A DNA stretch of 63,914 bases, counting the filler, from Octopus bimaculoides (lineage: Eukaryota), in NCBI RefSeq assembly GCF_001194135.2. It is 4 parts of 4 records of this genome, joined end to end, with 100 filler letters (N's around TTAATTAATTAA, not from the genome) between each part and the next. Parts side by side here need not be neighbours in the genome. Positions count along the whole stretch, not along the records: positions 1 to 13,944 come from NC_069009.1; positions 14,045 to 44,485 come from NC_068983.1; 2 more parts are not named here. One strand, 5' to 3'. Below are positions 10,060-21,120 of this stretch, piece after piece (position 1 is the first letter of the stretch; every line of letters begins with the position of its first letter). The notes beneath the pieces were generated by a model. It saw only the letters and a program-made list of their open reading frames with translations, was not told the origin of the DNA and did not search any database. The position numbers were made by a program, and so were the translations under genes.

Positions 10060-10640
10060 TAAACAATGAAAGGCCAATTTTAGTGACTCATTTGACAGAG
10101 GTAGTAGAGAGCCAATAAACCTGACTTTGGATCTTCAAAGTTTACATGAATCCTTGCTAAGTTAATTCTCTTGTGGCTCCATATGATTTCATCTGTAGTG
10201 CAGTATTGTATTGTCTAATTTTGTTTTGGAAGTGCTTGGAATCTTGGTCAGTTAACAACTATTTCTTCAGTGGCTCTGGAGGTTGGAGGATTGCAAGGAG
10301 TTTAACCATTCCACTACTGCAGCACAGTGCAGGGGTCTCTCCAGGCCACTTCTTTGCTTTATAATGCATGCACTCAGTTGTCATTGCACCAATAGAAACT
10401 CTATTGTCAACTGCTGGATCATAATTGAAAGTTGCTTCTCTGCAGTGGAGATCCTATTCCTTACCAGCGGTGCATACCTCTGTTCATCATTTTGAGATGC
10501 TCTGGTTTTTGTAGTGCACAGTCTGTTCGATTCTTGGTATGCTTCCCTTTCTGCAGCTGTCTCTCTTTCCCTGGACAGAGACATTCTTTTGTCTGATCTT
10601 GACATTGAATGCAAATTTGACACTTTCCTTCTAGGCAGGG
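10060..10640 (-). mobile_element. Decayed Helitron Rep N-terminal fragment
   Basis: Minus strand with stops and frameshifts: ATFNYDPAVDNRVSIGAMTTECMHYKAKKWPGETPALCCSSGMVKL...PPEPLKK..DSKHFQNKIRQYNTALQMKSYGA..GFM.TLKIQSQVY, the typical Helitron_like_N-adjacent pattern. Confidence 0.8.
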
Positions 10641-11009
10641 TGTAGAAGTTAGTAAACGGTGAAAATAACTGGGTAACGGAAATTATATTTCTTAATACGG
10701 GCAGAAAGTAAATAAGAAATTTTTACGGAAAATAAAGAATCGTAATAGGTTGAAGCGAAATTTGCAAGTGAACCCAAGAGCCAGTATTGAAAGAACCAGA
10801 TACAGAGATATAGAAAAATAGAGAGATAGAGATGACGCTAATGCTAGAAAACCAGAAGTAAATATTTTTAAAATCTTTCAAAGGCATGAAACTAATATTA
10901 AAATTTTTTTATGACCAATGTGTGTAAGGAAGACAATCAATTTCTGGAAGTTACTCACAAATTGTTACCTCCCTTCTCCATCTAACCCTGGGGACCGAAA
11001 ATACCAGTT

Positions 11010-11330
11010 CCTGTATAAATCCCATTCTGTGTGTGTAAAGGATTATAACAGCCGTATTTTTCAACTCATTGCGCTGAAATTTTACACATAGGTAAAAAAC
11101 GTCACAGTGGGTGTACCAGTTAAATTTCATGAAAGAACATGTGATTTATTAAATGAATCCCTTTCTGTGTGTGTGTGTGTGTAAAAGAGAATAATCTACC
11201 ATATAAATCCTGTTCTGTCTGTATGTGTGTGTGTAAAAAATCATAATGGCTGCTTTTCAACTGATTTTTTTCCAAACTGGGAACATACATTTCTTACGTG
11301 CCAGGAATTGTTTTAGACTCTTAAATATTC
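11010..11330 (+). repeat. Three subrepeats ataaatccc-ttctgtgtgtgtgtaaa (non-autonomous Helitron/HINE-like end)
   Basis: Motif at about 11015, 11155 and 11200, followed by caact-att-ttt--aaa-t-cacata motifs. Confidence 0.45.
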
Positions 11331-12126
11331 CACATAATAGATATACTGTGGACAGCATGTATAAGTATACTCTTGTATGACCTTATGTATACTTTGTGCA
11401 GTTGGTCTATTCTTGTGAATGTACGCGTAACTGGAAGGACAAATCCGTAGTTCCGTACACACTGTTAGTGCACATGTATGGAATCCCCAATTCTACATTG
11501 TTATTAAAATACCTCGATTCTATCAGATTCTGAAATTGGTATACACTAATTTTAGTAATCAGACTGACATTGTGTTCACAAACACACACACATCAAATTA
11601 AATACAAAACCGAATGAGCTGCAACTAGTTTCATGCTATTATGATACTTGAACAGGTATATTTATAAAATAATCCATGTATCTTAAGGGCATAGAGCCAA
11701 AGAATGAAAGCCAAATCTAAGAGGAATCAGGTGCAGCACTTTGGCTTGTCAGCTCATTTCACACTTTCCCCCTCGCGTCTGCAAAGAAAATGGATGTTAA
11801 AGTACGTTGATTATGCTGATGAAAACACAACAAAGACAAAATCAATGTTACTGAGAATTTTTATTTAGTATTCTCATTTCTTTATTCTCTTATAACAAAT
11901 TCCTCAAAAGTCCAGCACAATCTTTGTCACAAATCAAATTCATCACTGTTTTCATATATATTTAGACACCTACATGATACTGAGGTTCATATTCATGAAT
12001 TTCATATTGACATTGATGAAATTGAAGTTGATAACATGAAGTTTGAAAAGGAATAAACCCTGTCTTTTAGCAGACAAAATATTCATAATTGTTGTCCTGT
12101 TGTAATAAATTTTGATAGTGATCCTG

Positions 12127-13261
12127 TTACAGTTGTGTATGAATACTCACATGTGTACGTAAGAGGCCATTTTGAAAGAATGATTCACTACAGATATCAC
12201 AATGTTATGGCTTCTCTCCAGTGTGAATATATTTGTGTCTACTTAAACTGCTAAAGTCTGCAAATGATTTACTACAGATATTACAATGGTATGGCTTCTC
12301 TCCTGTATGTGTACGTTTATGTGTAGTCAAGGCACTACTTCGAGAAAATGATTTGCCACAGATATCACACAGATATGGTTTTTCCCCAATATGAATACGT
12401 TTGTGACGACTTAATGTGCTTTTTTCAGAAAATGATTTACCACAGATATCACACTGATATGGTTTTTCCCCAGTATGAATACGTATGTGAATAGTCAAAT
12501 TACTATTTTGGGAAAATGATTCACCACAGATATTACAATGATATGGCTTCTCTCCTGTATGAATACGTTTGTGACAAGTTAAGGAGCCATTTTGAGAAAA
12601 TGACTTACCACAAATATCACACTGATATGGTTTTTCCCCAGTATGAATAAGTTTGTGATGAGTCAAGTTACTCTTTCTAGAGAATGATTCACCACAGATA
12701 TTACAATGATATGGTTTCTCTCCTGTATGTGTACGTTTGTGTTCAGTCATGTTACAGCTTACAGAGAATGATGTACCACAGATATCACAATAAAATGGCT
12801 TCTCACCTGTATGACTACGTCTGTGACTAGTCAAGTGACTATTTCCAGAGAATGATTTACCACAAATGTCACAATATGGCTTCTCTCCAGTATGAATACG
12901 TTTGTATTTTGTCACATCACCACTTCCAGAAAATGATTTACCATAAATATTACAATAAAATGGCTTCTCACCTGTATGAGTACGTTTGTGTATACATAGG
13001 TCACCATTTCGAGAAAATGATTTACCACAGATATCACACTGGTATGATTTTTTCCCAGTATGAATACGTCTGTGACTAGTCAAGTGATTACTTCCAGAGA
13101 ATGATTTACCACAAATGTCACAACGATATGGTTTCTCTCCACTATGAATACGTTTGTGACTGGTTAAACAACGATTTTCAGAAAATGATTTACCACAGAT
13201 ATCACAGGAATATGGTTTCTCTCTTGTATCAAGGTTTTTTTAGTTTTGTTAAATTATTTAT
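12127..13261 (-). pseudogene. C2H2 zinc-finger paralog C: 13 fingers, probably pseudogenised
   Basis: Start-equivalent codon is ATA (13261-13259). An extra A in a homopolymer (7 versus 6 in B) shifts the frame after 9 codons. Finger 4 reads CNIY..Y. A TAT>TAA change at 12205-12207 cuts off the last finger CDICSESFFQNGLLRTHVSIH, which is homologous to B's last finger. Confidence 0.8.
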
Positions 13262-13570
13262 TATGAGAGAATAATTTGTCATACATATTACAATGATAGT
13301 GTGTTTTTAATTTTTATGAAAGTTTGTGTCCAGTTGTGTCACTATTTTCAGAGAATAATTTAAAGTTGTTTTTCATCGGTGATCTTAATATCCAAAACAG
13401 ATGTAAAATGTTAACTTTTCTATGATGTTACCCAACCTCAATTAACCTGTAAATTGATCATCTCCTGTACATTCCAGACACTGAAAACAAAAGAATATTG
13501 CTGTTAAATACAATATTTTCCCATTGTTTATCAAAGATTTTATCTATATAAAGAGATTGATGTATTGATG

Positions 13571-13662
13571 AGTGGCACCTTGGGCAAGTGTCTTCTACTA
13601 TAGCCTCGGGCCGTCCAAAGCCTTGTGAGTGGATTTGGTAGTCGGAAACTGAAAGAAGCCCG

Positions 13663-13709
<47 letters not shown>

Positions 13710-13917
13710 ATGTTTGCGTTTCTGTGTTCGTCCCCTCAACATCGCTTGACAACCGATGCTGGTGTCTTTACGTCCCCGTAACTTAGCGGTTCGGCAAAAG
13801 AGACCGATAGAATAAGTACCAGCCTTACAAAGAATAAGTCCTGGGGTCGATTTGCTCGGCTAAAGGCGGTGCTCCAGCATGACCGCAGTCAAATGACTGA
13901 AACAAGTAAAAGAGTAT
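13571..13917 (+). mobile_element. OR2-like CORE-SINE with internal (TA)n(TG)n, inserted in the leader of ZNF-C
   Basis: ccttgggcaagtgtcttctactatagc CORE-like motif and tail ...aaatgactgaaacaagtaaaagag; homology of C's leader to B's stops at 13570. Confidence 0.85.
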
Positions 13918-13988
13918 ATATAATAATAATACAAATAATATGTGNNNNNNNNNNNNNNNNNNNNNNNNNNNNNNNNNNNNNNNNNNNN

Positions 13989-14000
13989 TTAATTAATTAA
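13989..14000. other. Artificial gap marker TTAATTAATTAA (also 44530-44541 and 60031-60042)
   Basis: Identical 12-mer embedded between N runs three times. Confidence 0.95.
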
Positions 14001-14779
14001 NNNNNNNNNNNNNNNNNNNNNNNNNNNNNNNNNNNNNNNNNNNNTATATATATATATATATATATATATATCTGCTAATGAAACAATTGTTGAATATGTG
14101 AGTGTGAAAGACTCAAATAGATAATCTAACTGAACCCAGCTGCATATTATCCACCATCAGGTGGAGCACCATGGAGCGATTCACGTTATAAGTCGACGGA
14201 TCAAAGAGATGCCGGCTTTGTGTGGCCGAAAGATCTCATATTCTTTTTACGTCTAAGACCTCCAAAGGCCTAACTAAATTCTAGATCGCAAATTTTTATC
14301 AAATGTTAACATGTAGACAAATTTCTTTTTTTGAACTGAAGGATACCATCCACTCCGGATTAAATATGCAGTCATACAGAGTTTGAACTCCTCCCTGTTG
14401 AATTAAGTTACACCAAACTTATTACTTCTGATCGGAACACTATCCTTATTAATCCTGACTTGAAAGGAGAAAAGGACGCAGCACTTGATTTAATTTCTTT
14501 ATTTTCTTTTTCCCCATTCCACTTTTTCCTCCCTCTCGTCTGTTCTCGTGATTTCTAAAAGACCGGCGTCATTTTTTTTCTTTCGTTTTCCTTGTCAAAA
14601 GAGACCGGTCAGATTGTATATTGGGGTCTGAGAGATTGCTTGGAAAAACAAGGTTTGATATATAGGCTTTCTTGTTTATTGTGTTTTCGAACATAAAACT
14701 AATAGTAGTTCAAATTTAAATAGTGTATATATATAAATGAAATGTTGAAAGTTCGAAATAGGCAAACTACAATGAACAT

Positions 14780-15900
14780 ATATAGTTATCTTACTTTACC
14801 ACTCCGAATTTAGTATCCATAATTGCATCCACAAATAGAAATAAATTCCAACTTCAAACGATTAAAAGCTTAGATCACCATAAGGTACACCATTTAAGTC
14901 GAAACAAAATAAATAAAACAAAAAGGTAAGTCTAAATCTAAACGCAATCAATCCCAACTAAACATTGGCCAACCCAACACAACCTTAATAAATCCGAGTA
15001 AAATTAAAGAGAGAAATGCAAAAACTTGTAATAGTAGGGTCCCCGAATAATGTCCGCTCGCTGGATTTTGTTTACGAAAAAATGTAATTTATAAATGCAG
15101 TGTGGCAAATGACAAACATCAAATAAGAGTATATATTGGAAGCACTATAGATTTTAAAGGACGATATAGAACCTATTTAAATTCCTTCAGTAAGCTAAAA
15201 ATATAAAAACCCAACGGCACCAGCTAGATACATACATGATTTAAAATAACAGAACATCAATTATACATTATCTTGGTCTATTATAGACGAGCCCCCCACT
15301 ACCACCACTACCACCACTTACAACACGATTATGGGCCGATGTTGAATGTGCATAAAAGAATCATACACTACCCTCCGCCTGTATAATTCTATCGTTTTAA
15401 ACAAGATTTCCGATGTTATTCCTTCGTGTAACCACAGATGTTACTCAACTTCCATGAGACTTTTAAAATCTGAATCTACTCAACAATAGCCTCACTAAGT
15501 TATGCCGCACAACTTAACACCCTATAGCCTATAACTCGATATTGCCAATACAAATATAGATTTTAATAAAGACACTAAGTAATGTAACTTTTACTCCCAT
15601 CAGTCCTCAGACTTCCACTATTTGCATATGTTCTTCCATAAAAGCTTCCAGTTACCTCATACATTAGCAATAAACTGAATGCATTTCTACCGTAAACACC
15701 ACTTTTTCTCTGATGAAGGAGACGTCCTCTGAAAATGAAATTTTAAGATTCATTTTTTACTCGGAGGATTGAACCCCTGAAACGGCCGTAGGGATATTTT
15801 CTCTTATTACGTAACCTAAAATTTTCTCTTTATGCCTATTATTTTCTCTTCACTATATTTTTAATTCTTAAAAAAAAATTTTTTATGTACAGTCCTATAA
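14780..15900 (+). mobile_element. Decayed Penelope-like element 3' end (GIY-YIG endonuclease plus pseudo-LTR)
   Basis: SYFTTPNLVSIIASTNRNK...CNSRVPE*CPLAGFCLRKNVIYKCSV...RVYIGSTIDFKGRYRTYLNSF...NINYTLSWSII...GRC*MCIKE. Confidence 0.85.
15703..15794 (+). ncRNA. Minimal type-I hammerhead ribozyme motif in the Penelope 3' end
   Basis: tttct-CTGATGA-agg[long hairpin]cct-GAAAC-ggcc-GTA-ggga; palindromic stem III ACGGCCGT. Confidence 0.75.
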
Positions 15901-17378
15901 TTCATTATACTATTATTATGTTTGTGTATTCATATATTTATATATTCATATATATTTTTAATATTCATGTATTTTTATATTTTTAAATGGATTTTTAATA
16001 TATCAATATATGTTTTTTGGACTTTTATCTTAATTAAATCCGTATACGTATATATTCATTGTAGTTCGCCTGATTTGAACTTTCTCCATTCCATTTATTT
16101 TACATGTCTAACGTTTCAGGCTCGACTTGAGCACTTGCGATCTGTTTCTTTCGCAAGAAAAATATCACACGCGCGCGCGCGTGTGTTTTAATCGAAGTGT
16201 ACAGTATTATATATCCACTCTACTGACAAATATATGAGTGCATTTTTTCCTGGCTTATGGATTCTTAGACAGTTATATAAACACACACACACACACAGAG
16301 AGAGAGAGACTCATACATTGCTATACATATTTCTATATATATGTATATGTGAATGTATGTAGGGTGGGGTCAAAAATAAAAACTTTGTCATCCACCCACT
16401 TAACTTCCACTCCTATTTTTTTTTTATTTCACACGTCCAAACGTAACCTCAATTTCACGTGAGCTTACACATACCAGACGCACGCACACAATCTCCCACC
16501 CACTCATGCAGATATGTCTATTATCTTTTAAGTAATGATCGATGCAAAACCATATACTTATAAAAGAATTCTCTACGAGCGTGCAAGAAGGAATTCTATC
16601 CAGATCTGTAGATGCCCTTTCATATTGCTGTGCCTCAGTAACTTTGTTTATTATGGCTTAGAGATGAGGTAGCTAGATGCTACTGGTAAACTACTAGTGT
16701 CTGTGCTTGGGGTTCAAATTTCCCAGCATGTTTAAGTTTTTTGCCTTTTTCTTTTCTTTTTTCTTTTTTTTTTTGTTCGTTTCACACATTGGGCTGTAGA
16801 AATGCTAGGGTACCACTGTATATACAATTGACTATAACGATCTCAGTTTTTGTAGATGTATACATATACGTGTGCGCGCCTGCGAGGACAGCGTGAAACT
16901 CAGAACAGAGATTGAAGAAGCTTGAACTTCTGATAAAAATGCAACAGAAACGTTGTTACATTCTTGATGCATTGAAATTATTTTCGCTTTCAAAAACGGC
17001 TGACCAATCGCTTGTTGGCAATTAGTACCACCACCAAAGGAGAGGTCAGAATAATCTAAAGAATCAAGAATTATCCAAAACTGACAAGTCAGTTGTCTAA
17101 AAGCGAGAAGACATCTGCCAGTAAGCGTTTCTGTCTCAACAAGTGTCATCAGTACAGGAATTGCGTTATCATAACGTCGATAGATAGGACATTGGACACG
17201 TAGACACACCCAAGCGCGCGCACGCACNNNNNNNNNNNNNNNNNNNNNNNNNACACACACACACATACATACATACACGCACACAGAGGTTTGATGTGTC
17301 ATGCACGAAGGTCAGGGTCCTTGAGTCACTCTTGTGACTTTCTGCTGATTTAAAAAATAAAAAAGTCTGTGCGTGTAT

Positions 17379-17432
<54 letters not shown>

Positions 17433-17581
17433 ATATACATATGTATGTATGTATGTATGTATATATACACCCAGGCACACAGCAAGTTGAGTCAAGAGCT
17501 TCTTTTAATTTTCACTGATGATCTTTGGCAACTTGTATTTCCGTGTTATATCATTAATTTGATACAATTGTTGTGTATAAA

Positions 17582-18402
17582 CAGGGTGAAATGGGTAAAT
17601 TGTTACCATTTTATAGTTTTAATTTCGCGCATGTGCATTGTTTGTTTTTTTATTTTGTCGACTACACAGTATAGTAGGGTCAGTTGAGCATCGTCTGTGA
17701 GAAAAACAACACCATGACGCAATTAACTTTGCCAGAAATTGGGAAACGACATGCTGTAGAGCTTGGCATTCGCGCTGGAAGCTCCAATACGAATATTTCA
17801 GAGTGTTTGGATATCAATCTGAGGACAGTACAATCTGAAGACATGTACCGAGAGTGATAAAAATCAAACATCCACTTAACATCGTACTGTTTAGAGTGAT
17901 CACTAGTGATGGCGACGTTATGCCTCCATTCATTTTCCCACACGGCCTTAGACTCAACACGGAGGCCTACATCAAGTGCCTGGAGGAGGTAGTGCTGCCC
18001 GGAGTTAAGAGGGTGGCTGCTGGAAGACCCTATGTCTGGCAACAGGACTCTGCACCATGCCACACAAGCAAGAAAACCCAGTCATGGCTGTCAGACAATT
18101 TCTGCGACCTAACATCTGGCTACATAACTCCTAACTCCTTAGACTGCAACCCCCTTGATTTTTATGTGTAGCGCATTTGAGCGAGAGACCAACAAAACTC
18201 CTTGTAACACCAAAGATGAATTGAAGGCAAGGATTATGGAAGCATTCAGCAACTTAAACAAGGAGACTGTCCAGAAGTCTTTTGAAGGCCATGGTTGAAG
18301 CCAATGGCGATTTTATTGAATAAATTTACTCTAGTATTTCAAGATATTTTTATGCAATTTTGGTAAATATATCTGTTAAAATGAAATGTCAGTGTTATTT
18401 TC
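17582..18402 (+). mobile_element. Internally deleted maT-type (DD37D) Tc1/mariner element
   Basis: cagggtg end; N-terminal HTH codons fused to ...KHP..VITSDGDVMPPFIFPHGLRLNTEAYIKCLEEVVLP..WQQDSAPCH..DCNPLD. Confidence 0.85.
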
Positions 18403-18441
18403 ATTTTTGCGTAATTTAGACGACAATATATNNNNNNNNNN

Positions 18442-18469
<28 letters not shown>

Positions 18470-18477
<8 letters not shown>

Positions 18478-18850
18478 TGTCTGTCTGTCTGTCTGTTTGT
18501 GTGAATCCCTAAAACTCGAGAACTACGCAACCGTTTTCGCTCAAATTTTACACATGCCTTGCTTAGGGTCCATGTATTGTCATCCCTAAAACTCGAGAAC
18601 TACACAACCATTTTCATTCAAATTTTACACATGGCTTACTTAGGGTCCATGTAGTGTCATGGGCCAAGAAACTTTTCAACTTCTTGCCTAATGCAAGCGC
18701 AGAGCAATCTTTTATCTCTTACACTATTTCAGTATTATGTGTCAAAAGTGAAACAATAACCTCTCTCTGCTGTAATGTCAGATACTTTCACTTTAATAGT
18801 TTCACTTTTAATACTGAAACTATTAAAGTGAAACTATTATCTCACATATA
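18470..18850 (+). mobile_element. Non-autonomous HINE-like element with an approx. 77-bp internal tandem duplication
   Basis: (gtct)n followed by two copies of atccctaaaactcgagaactac-caacc-tttt--tcaaattttacacat...tagggtccatgta-tgtcat. Confidence 0.55.
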
Positions 18851-18894
18851 TACAGGCATACATACATTTATGCATACATACATATTACATATAT

Positions 18895-18928
<34 letters not shown>

Positions 18929-19089
18929 TATGTATATATATGTATACATCTGCACATATTTATATATATAGATGTATATATATAGATGTATATGTATAGA
19001 TGTATATATATACATGTACATATATAGATATATATGCATGTATATATATGTACCTATATGTGTACATATTACATATACATCTATATATA

Positions 19090-19275
19090 TATGGGAGAAT
19101 ATACAAAAAATAACAACAGACGAGGACAGGTGGTGTAAATAACAAAAGTATATATTAGTATGACGCTCGGGAATACGGAAAGTCTTTGACGTTTCGAGCT
19201 ACGCTCTTCAACAGAAAGAATACGGAGACAAGGAGAAAAACACGGAGAAAAAAAATTGAATAGTGTTCAGTCAAC
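19090..19275 (-). mobile_element. Short hammerhead-containing element (Penelope pLTR-like) abutting (TA)n
   Basis: 19219-19183 reads TCTTT-CTGTTGA-agagc-gta-gctc-GAAAC-GTC-AAAGA; homologues at 19955-20340 and 57401-57520. Confidence 0.7.
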
Positions 19276-19280
19276 GGTCA

Positions 19281-19334
<54 letters not shown>

Positions 19335-19459
19335 TATATGTAATATTACTCACATAGGTACACATATATACATGCATACATATATTTATACATATATATA
19401 TACATATATACATACAAACACACATACACACACATACACACAGACATACATATAAATAT

Positions 19460-19835
19460 AGGAGCAGGTGTGGTTGTATGGTTAGAAACTTGGTTCCAAA
19501 ACACATGGTCCTGGGTTCAGTCCCACTGTGTGGTAACTTGGTATGTGTCTTCTGCTATAGCCTCAGACCAACTAAAGCCTTGTGAGTGGATTTCGTAGAC
19601 AGAAACTGAAAGAAATCCATCGTATATATATGTATACATGTTAGTGTATGTGTGTGTCTTTGTGCCTATATTTCTCCCTCGTCACTGCTTGAAAACTGCT
19701 ATTAGTTTATTTACATCCCCACAATTTACTGGTTTGACAAAAAGAGACTGATAGAATAAGTACCAGGCTTATCAAAATTTAAAAAAAGCTCTGGGGTCGA
19801 TTCATTCGACAAAAAATTCTTCAACTCGGTGTCTC
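19460..19835 (+). mobile_element. OR2-like CORE-SINE
   Basis: tRNA-like head, CORE motif, internal TA/TG patch and 3' body. Confidence 0.8.
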
Positions 19836-19954
19836 ATATNNNNNNNNNNNNNNNNNNNNNNNNNNNNNNNNNNNNNNNNNNNNNNNNNNNNNNNNNNNNN
19901 NNNNNNNNNNNNNNNNNNNNNNNNNNNNNNNNNNNNNNNNNNNNNNNNNNNATA

Positions 19955-20340
19955 TATATATTGAGAATTTACAAAAAAAACAAAAGACGAAGACGGGTGT
20001 GTAAACAACAAACAGATGTATTAGTTTAACGCTCGGCAAGTGAGAGTCTTTTACGTTTCGAGCCTACGCTCTTCGACAAAAAGGAACCCAGAAATAAACA
20101 AAGAGAGAAAATAAAAAAAGATTTAGTGGCTAGCGATCTATCATGACGAATGCCGGACAGAGGGGTCACACAGGAGAGTTAGGAAGAAGGGGAGATAAAT
20201 AAAGTAGTGGTGATTCCAAAAGGAAGGTGCGCGTGCATGAGTATGTGAGAGCGTGTATGTGCTAGTGTGTGCGCTGGTGTGGTGTGGTGTGGTGGTATTG
20301 AGGTGTGGGGGAGGCGAGAGTGGAGGAAGCAAGGGTGGGA
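19955..20340 (-). mobile_element. Second copy of the (TA)n-adjacent hammerhead element
   Basis: 20084-20047 reads CCTTT-TTGTCGA-agagc-gtag-gctc-GAAAC-GTA-AAAGA. Confidence 0.7.
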
Positions 20341-20419
20341 CGTAAGGGATGGGATATATATATAATACGCACACACATACACACACACACTTATATATAC
20401 ATGTATATGTGCATATTCA

Positions 20420-21120
20420 TATCTGTTATATAAAAGTCAATGTTTTTATGTGTGTGTTCGTGTGTTACTTATAGATTCGAAAACTACTGCACCGATCCTA
20501 ATGAAATTTGGAACACAAAATCCAAGCCTAGGGAGAAGGGTAATGCTGTATGTTTCATACAATTTCATGGACCAAAATTACTGAATGGATCCTTATGATA
20601 TTTGGAACTTACATTCAATGCATAAGGGCGGGTATAATGCAGCAAGTTTGGTTTGAATTTGAGGTGGCTTAAAGGGGGCAGAAACCCCACATAAAATTTT
20701 ATAAATTTCCGATACTGAAATTTCAACCATAGGTAATTGACACACATCAAGAAGTATTTCCAAAGATTCCGCTTTTCATGAGTATTCTAAGATCCCCTTA
20801 TAGGGGCCTTAACTCCCCAATTTTAGTTATTTTTTATGATCCAAAACTATCTCAAAATTACTGAGTGGATCTTTATGAAATTTGGAAATTATATTCTATG
20901 CATAAAGACAGATGTAATGCATATTTGAAAGTGAGGGGGCATAAATGAGGCCATAACCCCCTTGAAAATTCATATATTTTTGTTGTTGATGAAATTTTAA
21001 CCACAGATATTAGACACAAATGAAGTAATATTTTTAAAATTTCAGCTTCTTAGAAGTCAGTAAGAACCCTTAATGGGGGCTTAACACCCACAATTTAGTC
21101 ATTTTTCCGAAGCCAAGACG
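20420..21120 (+). repeat. HINE-like element with three diverged internal subunits
   Basis: Repeated aaaattactga-tggatc-ttatga-atttgga / aaattt-aacca-ag-ta-t-gacaca / cccttta-ggggc-taac-ccc-aatttagt motifs. Confidence 0.5.

Noticed and set aside
13259-13261. A-to-I editing could turn the ATA of ZNF-C back into a functional AUG
   Set aside because: Even if edited, the downstream +1 frameshift gives only MNNLTKLKKP*, so the finger frame is not restored.
13989-14000. Recurrent TTAATTAATTAA palindrome
   Set aside because: Always inside N runs; an assembly spacer.
14200-14240. ggccGAAAgatcTC half-hammerhead (similar halves near 16110 and 25920)
   Set aside because: Only one of the two conserved core segments is recognisable in each case.
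17127-17152. Minus-strand CTGATGA...GAAAC pair
   Set aside because: No stem II pairing and no stem I or III.
16832-17227. About 130 open codons on the minus strand
   Set aside because: No recognisable domain or splice signals; about one ORF of this length is plausible by chance in this much sequence.
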